64,000 nucleotides of DNA from Tubulanus polymorphus. Its lineage: Eukaryota; Animalia; Nemertea. A program made the translations under genes and the position numbers. Positions 1-12,094 of this stretch are shown here, one piece after another (position 1 is the stretch's first letter; each line of letters begins with the position of its first letter). Under the pieces are notes generated by a model that saw only the letters and a list, made by a program, of their open reading frames with translations, made no database searches and was not told the DNA's origin. Location of the stretch: the NCBI RefSeq assembly GCF_964204645.1, contig NC_134031.1, forward strand, positions 14,247,807 to 14,311,806, in the 5' to 3' direction.

Positions 1-243
1 TAGTAAATATGAAGGTTTGAAATTAATCGCATCTGACAGCACGGGGTAATATTTTGATTGATGGCGATGGTGAGTGATTGTGTGTGATAGATCTGAATCT
101 GATGATCGTGCTCGACGCGGCACTGATGACTGCGCGCCTATGCTACGCGTTTCTTCTTCTCGATGATTCTCATTAATTAATGATCAATCACGCGCAGACG
201 ATTCGGGCGGGCGCGGGGAGACTGATCAATATCTATCAGATGG

Positions 244-660
244 TTAAGGAAGGAAGATATAGGGAGATACAGGGAGAGAAAGAGAGGGAGAGAGAGATGG
301 AAGAGTGAAGGAGAGAGCGGGGTGGGGATGATTGATATAGGGGGATTGAGATAAGATGGAATGGTAGAAAATGGTTCGAAGCCTAGAGGAGAGAGGGAGA
401 CTGGAGAGTGAGGTGAGATAGCAGAGAGGGGAGTGAGACGAGCGATAATAGGGATAGAGGGGAGAGGGGAGGAGAAAAGGAGATGAGAGGGATGTGAAAG
501 ACTGGAGAGTGAGTTGAGAGAGAGGGGAGGGGGCGGGGACTGGAGGGAGGGGAAAGGGGAGAGAGGTGGGACATCTGAGAGACTGGAGATTGAGGTAAGA
601 GAGGTTGAGAGCGGATAGGGAAATTGAAGGGAGATAGTGGAGAGAGACAGAGACTGGAAT
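244..660. repeat. GA-rich low-complexity tract
   Basis: Polypurine G/A run; the overlapping Ser/Pro/Leu-rich minus-strand ORFs are artefacts of it. Confidence 0.85.
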
Positions 661-2527
661 TCTCTGATTCTCCAATTAGCTTCATTTGTAGACGATTCAG
701 TGAACAAATTGCTCGACTTTAAAATCGCTTAAAACAAACCTCACCACACCGACTGCTGCTATATAATCATTCCACCCGAATGAAATCAATTTGCAGAAAA
801 TATGATGCGATTCATCGTTCTACCGCTTGTCGACTCGCTGCCTGTTCCCCAGACGCGCTCGTTCATTCAACTATCATCGTTTATATCGAACGCCTTTCGA
901 ACGGACTGTGAAAATATTCATTCGGAATTAAATCATTCGTAATTAATTTACATTTCGCCCGGCGTTTTGGTGATTAATTTCAATTTTCCATCGACAAGCG
1001 TTTCATTGATTAGTTTTGGTTTTACGTTCGACCGAGCCGAAATTCCGTACTTTTTGATCTTAAAATAGGGATTGTCCCTGTTATTTATTTGGTGGATAAA
1101 TTTTGTTTGATTTGTTTTGATTGAGTGAGTGTCCCTTACAGACCCACCACACCTGCCGGGAGCGAAACAGGGGGTTTGATTTTGAAATCGGAAATCGAAG
1201 TACATATATAGTTGTGTGATCGGCGGTCGAGTTTACAGAATTTTTTGTTTGAATCGAAGTACATAATTGGGATATTCGGTTCCGGTTCATTCAAACAATC
1301 TTCCAACCAGTCTGAACTGGCAAGCGACTGATTGGGGTGAAATTTTCTTGCTGCCTAATTTAATACATCGAAATTTTGGAAATAGTTATATTACAAGGTT
1401 GAAGATCATTTGTCCATTTTTATATTTTTTGGTCGTTTTCTTCGTGTAAATAGTCCGATAATTAAGTTGTTTTTTTCTGGTAGATGTTGATATAGAAAAT
1501 CCGCTAAGTTGATTGTCCCGCGTGTTGACTAGATAGAAAGGAAGCACATTTCAAAACGTAAATTTTCCAGATGAGAGTATGGTCCTTGGGTATCCGAAGT
1601 GTAGTTTATGACATCGACGGTGCAGCTCCGATGAGGATGGGTTTCTCCGTCAAGGGGTGCGCGATCGGTACTTCACATCTGGTGCTGAGTTTGCCTAGAA
1701 GTAAAAGTTTTTACACGGAGAGCAGTTTTGTGTTTCTAATATACAGTGCATGGTTAGGTCTGCGGGTGCGTTGCAATCGAAGGGACAGTACTATGCGCAT
1801 TGATAGACCGTCAGTTAGAAAGCGGCACAGGCACGTGAATATTGAATACATATTTGTACACTAACGTATATACAGTCTTGATCGGGTTTTATTTACAGTC
1901 ACAATTATGTTTTTGGTAGTTTTTAATGAGACTGATGTCAAGAGGCAACTTTCCAGTCATCATTGCGCGCAGATAAACTGAGCTTGCTATCCTAAAGCCA
2001 AAAAGGAGGCAGCTTTCCAGCTATCGCGGCAATGAGACTGAGTTTACAGTCTAAACATCAGAAACAGTAAACTAATGCGTATGTGGTGATATAAAACAAA
2101 AGTGGTCAGACAGTTCTATGCGTATTGATAGACCGTCATCCCGATTCGATCTAAATCAGAACATACCTCAAGTGTCAATGTCGGGGTATGTAGGTGTATG
2201 GCGTTGGGTATAATTAATAGACTACGCTAATGGTGTCGATTGTTAATCTGTTTACTGAATTCAGTCCGCTTGTGTCCGGATGTATAAGTATATTGTTAAG
2301 ACTCCAAATATGAAGGTTTTGTTGAAGCATGATTTCTTGGTTTAGGCGATCTATTAGTGAGTTTTTGAAATAAATTATAGTGTTGATGCGGCCGGAGACT
2401 TGTTCTAGATTGTAATGATTTTGTACAAAATGGATTGTGCGAGAAATAAAAGATGGTTTGTGAGTGTGCGTTTGAAGAACTCTTTCTATTGTTTTAGTAA
2501 TGAACTTAGCGCGGTGACTGATTCGTA

Positions 2528-3629
2528 TGGTGGCTGATTCGGGCCATACTAAAAAAAATTTCTGTATGGCTAAAGCAACGATATAGAAATTTTCACGTTG
2601 GCTCGTTGTTTTGGTTTTCTCGCGCGAGAATTCAAAACTTTTGGTTTTCTCGCACAAGAATTCAAAACATTTTTGTTTTCTCGCGCGAGAATTCAAAACT
2701 TTTGGTTTTCTCGCACGACAATTCAAAAAGTTTGGTTTTCTCGCGCGAAAATTCAAAACTTTTGGTTTTCTCGCGTGAGAAAACAAAACACTTTGGTTTT
2801 CACGCGCGAGAATTCAAAAAGTTTTGATTTCTCGCGCGAAAATTCAAAAAGTTTTGAATTTTCGCGCGACAATTCAAAAATTTTGGTTTTTTTCTCGTGA
2901 GAAAACAAAACACTTTGGTTTTCTCGCGCGAGAATTCAAAACATTTTTGTTTTCTCGCGCGAGAATTCAAAACATTTTTGTTTTCTCGCGCGAAAATTCA
3001 AAACATTTTTGTTTTCTCGCGCGAAAATTCAAAAAGTTTTGAATTTTCGCGCGAGAATTCAAAACTTTTGGTTTTCTCGCGTGAGAAAACAAAACACTAA
3101 GGTTTTCTCGCGCGAGAATTCAAAAGTTTGGTTTTCTCGCATCTGCTTCAGAGTGTATATTGTATGGTGGCTGATTCGGCCCATACTAAAAAATTTTTCT
3201 GTACGGCTAAAGCACCGATAGAAATTTTTCACATTGGCCCGTTTTTTGGTTTTCTCGCCCGAGAATTCAAAAAGTTTGGTTTTCTCGCGTGAGAATTCAA
3301 AACTTTTGGTTTTCTCACGCGAGAATTCAAAACATTTTGGTTTGAAAAATTTTTCTGACTGGCTAGAAGCTGGATACAAATTTTTTACAATGGCCCATTT
3401 TTTTGTTTTCCTGCGCGAGAATTCAAAACTTTTGGTTTTCTCGCGCGAGAAAACCAAAAGTTTTGAATTCTCGCGCGAGAAAACCACACTTTTTGAATTC
3501 TCGCGCGAGAAAACCAAACTTTTTGAATTCTCGTGTGAGAAAACCAAAAAAGGGCCACTGTGAAAATTTTTTTATCGTTGCCTTAACCGTACAGAAAATT
3601 TTTTTTAGTATGGCCCGAATCAGCCACCA
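2528..3629. mobile_element. Non-autonomous TIR element(s) (MITE/foldback-like) carrying a ~30-bp tandem array; TA flanks
   Basis: ~70-bp end TGGTGGCTGATTCGG(G/C)CCATACTAAAAAA... starts at 2528 and again at 3165, with an inverted copy ending at 3629. All three ends are next to TA. Internal ~30-bp units carry the palindromic core TTCTCGCGCGAGAA and switch polarity near 3450. Confidence 0.8.
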
Positions 3630-3874
3630 TAATATTGGGTTGTTCTACTACTAGAATTACAGGTGTTCACTGGCGTCACTAGGATATCTAAGAGGGGGTG
3701 AGAATTGATTGAAGCGGGACTATGCATAATACAAATTTGCTTATCCAGATTACGTCAGACCTTGCGCTTCGTAAAGCTAAACGATCCCTTAAACCTAATT
3801 TTATCCGTGTTGATTCTAACTCTATTCAACGTTAGTCTCGCATTGTTGTCCCTTATGTCCCGTATTTAGACAAA

Positions 3875-4315
3875 TTGAAACCCACTCTCAATGCGCTTAA
3901 CACTGTTATCATATTCAAGTATAATAACAAAATCTCTAGTCATTTATCCAAAAATAATACTCTGTCCAATACTCATGCCGGTGTTTATAAAATCCCGTGC
4001 TCTGATTGTGATAAATTTTATATAGGTGAAACTGGTCGCTCCCTCAGCATTCGTATTAAAGAGCATAAGAAAGATATTATTAATGAAAAACCCCAAAGTG
4101 CTGTGGCTACCCACGTTTGGGATACTAATGGTCATCAATTTGATTTTAATTATTCTCGTATAATTTTTCCGTCTCACAGTATTACCCGACGTCACATAGT
4201 TGAGTCGGCTTTAATAAAATCCCATTCAAATTCCTGTGTCAATGGTAACCTTGGTTTCTCCCCTCGTAATATACTTTTGTCCCTATACATTTCCTCTCTG
4301 GTTAATATTACCTAG
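3875..4315 (+). pseudogene. Penelope-type GIY-YIG endonuclease domain (C-terminal fragment of the RT-EN ORF)
   Basis: GVYKIPCSDCDKFYIGETGRSLSIRIKEH...VATH...IVESALI...N.N.G is the PLE GIY-YIG signature with the CxxC insert. No RT domain, and stops lie upstream. Confidence 0.9.
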
Positions 4316-4383
4316 TTTTCATGTGCAACAGTGTGCGTCGTTCTTACTGGTATATATACTGTGAAATGTCTTAATTTTAGTCA

Positions 4384-4423
4384 CTCTTGAGAATGGTTTT
4401 TAGGATAAAACCGAAAATTCGAG
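4384..4423 (+). ncRNA. Minimal hammerhead ribozyme variant in the PLE pseudo-LTR
   Basis: ctc-TTGAGAA-t-ggtttt[..]aaaacc-GAAA-ATTC-gag: stem I ctc/gag, stem II ggtttt/aaaacc, palindromic AATT in the stem III position; the core deviates from CUGANGA. Confidence 0.6.
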
Positions 4424-4764
4424 GTTTTAAAAAATTCTTTATAGTTTTGATGTTTTAAAATCTCTTTCGAACTTGTGATTGTGGGACTCATATTTCATTC
4501 GTCTCTCGCGATTTATTGCGTAGTTTTATCACGTTATGCATAATACACTTCGTATGTGTCGAGCTCCAAAGACAAACGAGCATTTCTGTATCCTCGAAAT
4601 TACTTGAAGTTTTCATTAAAATTAAACACAGACCTAGGTATTTACTCGACCGTTAAGTGTCCAGTTATATAACCGAGTGTTAGCAGATTTCCTAAATAAA
4701 ACTATTTTTGTTTTATCATAATTTATCTTAATATGTTTGGTTTCACAATAGATATAAGCATTAT

Positions 4765-4905
4765 CGAGCGCCACTTAAAGAGTCAGGAGAATCTGCCAGC
4801 ACTACCGTGCCATCAGCATATAAGAGTAATGATAGCTTCAGAATTCCAATATCAATTCCTTCATAATTTCCGGATTTCACAAAGTTTTCCATATCATTGA
4901 TAAAG
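4765..4905 (-). pseudogene. Non-LTR retrotransposon RT fragment
   Basis: LFINDME...GIDIGILKLSLLLYADGTVVLADS matches the LINE RT motif preceding and including YADD (second D lost). Confidence 0.75.
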
Positions 4906-6405
4906 AGTCCTAATAGTCCTACTATTTGAAATTCGAAGCTTGAGGGGAACTTGCATTTAAAAATGGGGGTCGGCCGCACCACCCGACCGCCCGCTGGTGA
5001 CGCCCATGCGGTTTTTGAATGCAACTATTCGGTTGTCTCTAGGGTAGCTGCAGTGGTCGGGGTTTTACATTTGAAATAAATCGTGTTGTCTGATGAGTGT
5101 TGTTTGATGTCACTTGCCACAGTTGGAACGTCAATATCGTCCGTCGAGTTCTGCCTGTATACACTTTATTTTGATAGCGGCGAATCAGTGAACTTAACAT
5201 ACTGGTCGCATGCCACAGAACGAATACCCCGCTGGTTGATTAGTTTGCATAATTTTCGTTGATTTTATACATAGGGGCAGCACTTGATTGTCAAAATCTG
5301 AACTACTGAACATAGAAATGAAATTTACAATTGATTCTGCAATTCTTGAAAGAATTCTGAATATTTGTGATATATTTTTTCCAGGATTCGTGATATTTTT
5401 TGATTTGTAAGATTTATATACATGCCAGAACGACACTGAAAATGCTTGTTTCGTTCGCCAGACTAAGCGATTTTGTTTTTCGCTTCGGTATTGTGAATTC
5501 AAAGAAAACGGAAAAATCAAAAACAGCTATTTGACACTCTAGTTGTGATGTTTGGGGCTTGTTTTGCTTGTGTAAAACGTAGTTGGTTGGGGTTAATCTC
5601 TAGCATTATTCCCGCATGAACGATTTATTAATTTATCTCGTTGTAAAAGCCTCTGTTCTCTTCACGCTGAGACGAAAAGGCGTCAAGGTAGCTACAATTA
5701 CGTGATGACCGTACTTAAAAAACAAAAAAAAACTTCAAAGACTTCCTCTCTCGTGTTGCGTCGTTGACGAGTGCCAGTCACTCAGATTGTGTACTCCCCA
5801 GGAGGGACTATTTTCCGACTCCTAAGAGCTGACCAATACTACAACAACGCAACCCCCGGTTCGTGTACTTTTCCAGACATCAAACGAAAACAAACACGAA
5901 AATCCGCTGTTGTAGGAAGTTGTAGTCGCGTGATTCGTTGTCGAGGAAGAAAGAAATCATTTTCCGACTGGGGTGAAAATAACGAAGTGATTCTGATTTT
6001 GCCGCAAAGCAAGAAAAAATAGCAATTGTGAAGAACTTTTACAACAGTCAAAAAAAGTTCCGCCATGTTGCTTCGGTTCGGGTTCTTGGAGTGACGTCAC
6101 ACTTCCGCTTTGGGAAAGACTCACCGCGGGCAATTAAAAGTATCATTCTTTTTAACAATAATATTCAAGAATTGCCAAATCAATTTCAATCTACTACTTT
6201 TAATAGAAATTGACCATTATCGATGACGCGATTAGGTTTGAACAGCTTTGTCATGAGAAATACGAAATTTGATCGTCATTATACTTCATTGCTAATGGTA
6301 AGCTATGTACAATGTGTGTTTTAAACTACGTGTGTGCTACAGTGTGTGCGCTACACTACGCTACTACAGATTGTGCGCTATAGTGTGTGCGGTTTTCTGT
6401 TCTAG

Positions 6406-7668
6406 TTTTTAGCCTACTTGGGACTTTAGTCCCAGCGGGCTATTGCGTTCGCTTTTCGTCCGTCGTCCGTCCGTAGACGGAATCCAGCTATTTTGGGAAG
6501 TTTTGAAGACGCTTCAATGTAATGTCTTAATATTTAGGTTACACATATCTACCCTAAACACATCTTCAGCCCAAAAACTGGTTCTGTCAGAATCAAGATG
6601 GCCGACTGGCAGCCATTGTTGTTTGCCAAAATCAGCACTTTTTACACGTTTTTGAACTTTTTGAGGGAAATTTTGAAGACGCTTTGATCAATACCTTGAT
6701 CTTTCGTCTATATTTGAATCCCCCAGGGCCCATAAGCATAACAAAAATTGGGTCGATCGGACTCAAGATGACCGTCCTGTGACCTTTTTAGTGCCCAAAC
6801 ATGTCAATTTTGGCCCGAATTCTGAGTCCTGTAGCTTCCTACTGGTTCGCCATTTCTCATTGCAATTGCTGATGGGTATTCTTTGGAAGGGGATGTTTTA
6901 TACCTGAGACAGGTATTTTTGATCAGCCAATTATGTCGCAATTGGCGGCCATCTTGGTGTTATCAGTACTCACTCGTAGGTGGGAAAAAGTTTTTCGGCA
7001 TTGTATTGATACCTAAGCATATTTTGTTACCCCAATGAATTAAAAAGTGGTAGCTTATAACGTGTCCTATGATTGTGGTGAGTTTCAAGGTCATTGCTTT
7101 TGTATATGGCCACCAGCGGGAGTTGAATAATACAATACCTTAGTATTTCTTTATTATATTTGTACCAATGCATATTTTGTTACCACAATCAATTGCAAAG
7201 CTGGAGCTCGTGACATCGTCTATAATTGTGGTGAGGTTTAAGGACATTAGTCATTCTATATGATCACCAGGGTGCTTTTAATAGTAGAATAGTAGAATAA
7301 CTTAGTATTTCCTTATTATATTGGTACCTAGGCATATTTTGTTACCATGATCAATTGCAAAGTTGTAGTTCATGACGTGTTCTATAATTGTGGTGAGTTT
7401 CAAGGTCATTGGGTTTTGAATATGGTCACCAGGGAGCGTTGAATAATAGAATAACTTAGTATTTCCATATTTGATTGGTAACGAGTCATATTTTGTTATC
7501 ACAATCAATTACAAATCGTAGCTGTTGACATGTTCTATGATTGTGGTGGGTTTCAAGGTCATTGGTTTTTGTATATGGTCACCTGGGGGCGTTGAATATT
7601 GAAATTGTTAGATTGTTGAGCATTTGAAACCACTTCCCAAGTGGGCATGGTGTCCCTGGACCCCTAGT
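6406..7668 (+). mobile_element. Helentron-associated non-autonomous element (HINE/DINE-1-like)
   Basis: 5' T-run, then subTIR GCCTACTTGGGA (6412), (GTCC)n microsatellite (~6458-6475), ~155-160-bp tandem units (~7010-7600), inverted subTIR TCCCAAGTGGGC (7635), a short GC hairpin and terminal CTAGT. Confidence 0.75.
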
Positions 7669-8876
7669 TCTATTTCAGGTCGTTGTCAGAGGTATCGGAA
7701 AGTGAAAATTACCGAATTCAAGGAACAATTTTATTTGAATTGAACACGTTGGAAGCAGGTGCGAGAATTGCATCATGGGAAACGATTTTTCACCACATTT
7801 CCAAGCTGCATATAGGCTCAGACCACTATTCCAAAATCATCCATATCCTATAGTAAAAACAAGAAATTCGAGCGTTGAGTTTATAATAAATAGGCGCGTT
7901 AATTTAGGGGAAATCCTGCTTATGGCTCATCGGCCAGCATCTTAGTGGTTTGGTCCTATCCGCATCTTGAAGCTACCCCAAACAATACCGTCATTAATCT
8001 CAACCATAGGTCTACTACCATTTTGGGTTGCATTTCAAATTCATAATCTGATATGAACATCATTATCCTGCCTATGAATGACGCTTTAAATCCCTGTAAA
8101 CTTCAGCGAACTGTTTTGTAATAAAGGTCACACCAAGGACTCTTATATTACATATCCCTTTCCCTTTCCTGATTACGAATGCTTTCAATGCAGCTCTCTC
8201 AGTTTGATGTTTCCTGTTGGGCGGAGGCAGTTTACTGCCTGGTACAGAGCTGCTTTTATTGAAATGTGGACAGCACGCAATAATATATTGAACTGCAATT
8301 GAACCTAAAAGCGATATTCAGTTTTTCAAACGTCACGCTACCGACTAACAGACACCAATACCAGCATTTATTGAGTATTTATCCGCCCTACCTTAAACCT
8401 TTTATTAATAAACTGTTCACTAAAGCAATAGATTTTTCCTTTCCCATTTTTTGTTTCGTTCTGTAAAAGATAAAGCAAACATGAGCGTATTGCTTGTGCT
8501 TGCAGCAATGCGGGGTCTCCAGCTTGCAAGCATGCACTATACCCCCGTGGCAGACGCTTTACTGAGATTCAGACTACAAACGCCGACCGTATTGACTCAC
8601 TTGCCGAGGGCTGTTTCCATCCGTTAGTTCAGAACTGCCACGATTACCTTTCTAGTTCACCTCAAAAGAGTCAGCATAAAAATAGTTTTGAAAAGATTGT
8701 CGTATTTTTGGGTCAAGTCTAATTTAAGACTCAGTAAACACAACTCATCGTGGAATATCCGCGTTTATGTAACCGAATTTTCCAGAACATATGAAATCAG
8801 CGGATGATCCAAAATACCGCAAAACCTTTGAAAAATGATTGTACCGTACTGAAACGATATGAGTGGTCGTCGATTT

Positions 8877-9598
8877 CGCTACGATAACTCTGATTTAGAC
8901 TCTTGTGCCTAGCTCCAGAATCCGGGATATAAACTTACTTAACTTAACTCGTAGTTTGCCTTTATCTTGTATAATATGAGTATATGTTTATTCCATCATC
9001 CGATTTATAATGTCTTCTATAATGTGTAGTTACAATCCAGCGTAAATCCTATAGTCAACCCGTCTGATCCAGATCCAATCCCTCGGCTATTCTCCCGTAC
9101 GATCCCGATCTGATCTCTCGGAACTCCTGACTAGCTTTTCTCTGCACTTGACTTAGCTCTCACTCCCGTCTAGTTCTCTAGTTCCCGTTCTCTAGTTCTC
9201 GTTCTCTAGTCCACTATCTAGTTCCCCTCTCTAGTTCCCCCGAAACTACTGAACTAACCCTTTTTATCCCCAGAATCTCATCCCAAGTCTCAATCCCTTT
9301 TCATTGGTTAATTACTAAATAAACTCCCCAACATGCTATACAATAATATAACTAAAATACTTTACAAGTAGAGAGATCGCCACTCAAGACCATGGTTTAA
9401 CCAATGTTTATAAAATAATAAGCCTAATGGATACTAACTAAGAATTGGAACAATGAAGCCTAAAGATGCCAGTTTGAAGGGTCTTGAATGTCGATCTACG
9501 CTAAATGTTATAAAAACAGCAGATGTTCTGCCCTAAAGTTACATAAAAATACTTTACAAACAGCATTACTATTAAGCCAAAATAGCTAAATCGTAACA
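8877..9598 (-). mobile_element. Possible solo LTR
   Basis: Ends CGCTACGAT...ATCGTAACA (imperfect TG..CA inverted termini); minus-strand AATAAA and TATA-like tracts arranged as in the Gypsy LTR at 41526; no TSD found. Confidence 0.35.
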
Positions 9599-10130
9599 CT
9601 ACGTATATCCCGTTAAATCGTTCTATGAAAACAGACGCTAGTCTGCCCGGATTATAAGTACGTATACTGCCCGGAGCAGTCCAAATCTCATCCTTGGTCC
9701 CTCATCTTGATCACAAACTGTAACTATACTAATGAGGGTTTGCTAGTTTACTGATCTTCCCGGGCTGAGTTAACATGACGTTCGCAGCTTTTGAGAGGAA
9801 ATCGGGGGTGAAAATGCTAAATTAGAAAAGTCGTCGAATGCAAAATGTTAATTGAAACGAATCAATGAAGGATATGAACTAATCAGGTTCGATTATCGGC
9901 ATGTCCAGTATGGTACAGGTCTATGCAAGCGGGTCGATGATTGGTTAATTAGGATGCGCGACGACGGTTAACTGGGGAGTTATACAATAGCAATACTGAA
10001 AGTGAATGAATCGATGTGAGATGAACCCTTTCTACTATACTCAACTACACATGTTTGATAATCTAGAGATAAAGGTGAAATTTACTTAAGAATGCATTTG
10101 TAAGATAGTTTGGCAAGAACCCAAGTAACT

Positions 10131-10326
10131 ATGTTTATAACAACGTTTCGACTATATCCTAATAGTCATCTGCATAATCTTCATTATTCCTGAAGATGAC
10201 TATTAGGATATAGTCGAAACGTTGAAATAAACTACTATCTCGAAGTTTCATTTTCGGACTTATTATTATCATTGTGGGATTCTCTCTACATCGCGTCAAC
10301 ACGTATATAGTGTTCTAGCAATCGTG
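10131..10326 (+). mobile_element. Short hammerhead-containing PLE-derived insertion with inverted 5' duplication
   Basis: 12-bp TSD ACCCAAGTAACT (10119-10130 / 10327-10338); internal inverted repeat ~10133-10171 vs ~10194-10233. Confidence 0.8.
10184..10230 (+). ncRNA. Minimal type I hammerhead ribozyme
   Basis: ttattc-CTGAAGA-t-gacta[ttaggata]tagtc-GAAAC-GTT-gaaataa: canonical core, stems I and II, palindromic AACGTT stem III region. Confidence 0.8.
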
Positions 10327-10339
10327 ACCCAAGTAACTG

Positions 10340-10660
10340 TTCTCCCACCACGGCTGTGAGGTGAGGGGTTCACCGAAAACCTGTTGTTGTGACTGTTCTA
10401 CTCGCTGCTTTAGAACCACAGTTAGTGGCGGTTGTGTGAGAGGAGGGGGTTCACCGAGAACCTATCGTGACTGTTCTACTCGCTGCCCTAGAACCATCTA
10501 GTCAGTTGTGTGAGGGAGGGGGTTCACCGAGAACCTGTTGTGACTGTTCTCGCTGCTCTAGAACCACGGCTGTGAGGAGAGGGAGTTCAGCGAGAACCTA
10601 TTTTGACTGTGACTGCTTTACCTGCTACTCTACCACCACAGCTGGGGAGGGGGTTCTATT
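10340..10660. repeat. Diverged tandem repeat, ~70-80-bp unit
   Basis: Recurring GAGGGGGTTCACCGAGAACCT..GTGACTGTTCTACTCGCTG..TAGAACCA. Confidence 0.8.
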
Positions 10661-11909
10661 TTACTTGCGGCGTCCGACCATGTACGGAGCCTGAGAGAGG
10701 AGGTCGGGCCCATCCAGTTTTAAAAGATAGGCCTGGTGTTCACCGATAACCCGTGCTATCTATCCTAATTGCTACGCACCCTCCATAGTTTGGGCGAAGT
10801 GGCCATGAAAAATCCAAACCATCGGTCTACTGCAAATTTCTTTGTTGTTTTCTGTAAAACAATAACATTAATTCCTCTCTTTAGAACTGTTGTTAAAAGC
10901 CTATTTCTATGATCAACGATTTATCAAATAAAATCAATTTTCTCTCTATAAATCCTCTGTTCGCAGTTTATACTTATGTATTCTGAATAAAATGTCAACT
11001 GAAGCTGTCATCATCTATCATAATAGTTGACCTGCTTAGGTTTGTATTGAGTACATACTAAATACGTCTAAATCGAAAGCAATTCGCGGAATGTGATGAA
11101 TGGATTTATTGAAGCGTGAACTCAGCTGTGATTCTGTCCATCAGATACTATAGGTGATGAGAAATGAGGGAGGGCTTACACAGTCAGATTTTCTATCATA
11201 TCTAGGAGGGATGATGGACTGAGAGAAAGGTCGGTAAAGCGATGTGGTAGCAGTGACTGATATTGACTGAGGAGGATAAATAAATCGTCTCTCTTGCGGC
11301 ATGAGCGGCTCAAACTTGTGTGTGGCGGCGGCGTTGCACTTGTCATCGATACCACCAACCCCGTATCGTATTAGTTCGATCTGACCTCTCCATCTCCCCC
11401 TCAGTCTCCGCTTCTCTCTCGCTGTGAGACATATCATTGGCGTTGCTGATAAAACCACATTTAAAACTCTCTCTAGCCTCATCTCGCGTGAAAACAAACA
11501 CAACTTTTTCATTCTCAATTTGCTCGGATCTACGAGCAATTATCTCAATTGCAATTGCTCGTAGCTCGGATTAAGTGACGCACATAGAAGGAAGAAAAGG
11601 TAGGAATCTAATCTATGTTCCCCCTTATTTTCATCTTTTGAAACTGTTTGTGATTGACTTTATGACACGTCGTTCTCTAGATTCTGATGACTTTGAAATC
11701 AGGTTGGTACCTGATGGAGCAAGCATAATTATTGTGAATTAGTATTCCTATAGTCCCCTATTGCTTGTCCATCGAGAAAGTATTCTTTTGGTTAAATGTC
11801 TATACTGAGAGGATTACGAGGTGAAAATTGGGACGGTTAAGAATCGTTTTACTGCTTGTCAGTCACATGTCCAAAACATATATTACTTAAACACATATTG
11901 AAGTAGACT

Positions 11910-12039
11910 TCCTAGGGAGACGCCAGAAGAAGTACCAGGAGAAGAATTCCACACCTGATGATGGCTGTTAGTCAACAGCCAAAATGTTGTGGTTTCGTCT
12001 TAGTAAATTTTCATCATATACAATTCTATTGTGGGACCG
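11910..12039 (+). mobile_element. 130-bp hammerhead-containing insertion (decayed core)
   Basis: 10-bp TSD GAAGTAGACT (11900-11909 / 12040-12049); cac-CTGATGA-tggctg[ttagtcaa]cagcc-AAAAT-GTT-gtg at 11952-11991; same family as the 24.5-kb element. Confidence 0.75.
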
Positions 12040-12094
12040 GAAGTAGACTAATGAGTTGCAGCTGGATTGGGTTAGGGGTAGCGGGTATAGTTCA

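Larger units (their letters stand above)
3734..4534 (+). mobile_element. 5'-truncated Penelope-like retroelement
   Basis: GIY-YIG ORF followed by a TATA-like tract and a hammerhead-like motif; flanked by the exact 13-bp direct repeat TATGCATAATACA (3721-3733 / 4535-4547). Confidence 0.88.

Noticed and set aside
940-2520. Possible decayed minus-strand coding region
   Set aside because: Codon-like stretches with several stops and no motif I can recognise; needs TBLASTX.
2600-3550. CRISPR-like appearance of ~30-bp palindromic repeats (also the 24-55-bp arrays elsewhere)
   Set aside because: Units are head-to-tail without unique spacers, there are no cas genes, and the context is eukaryotic.
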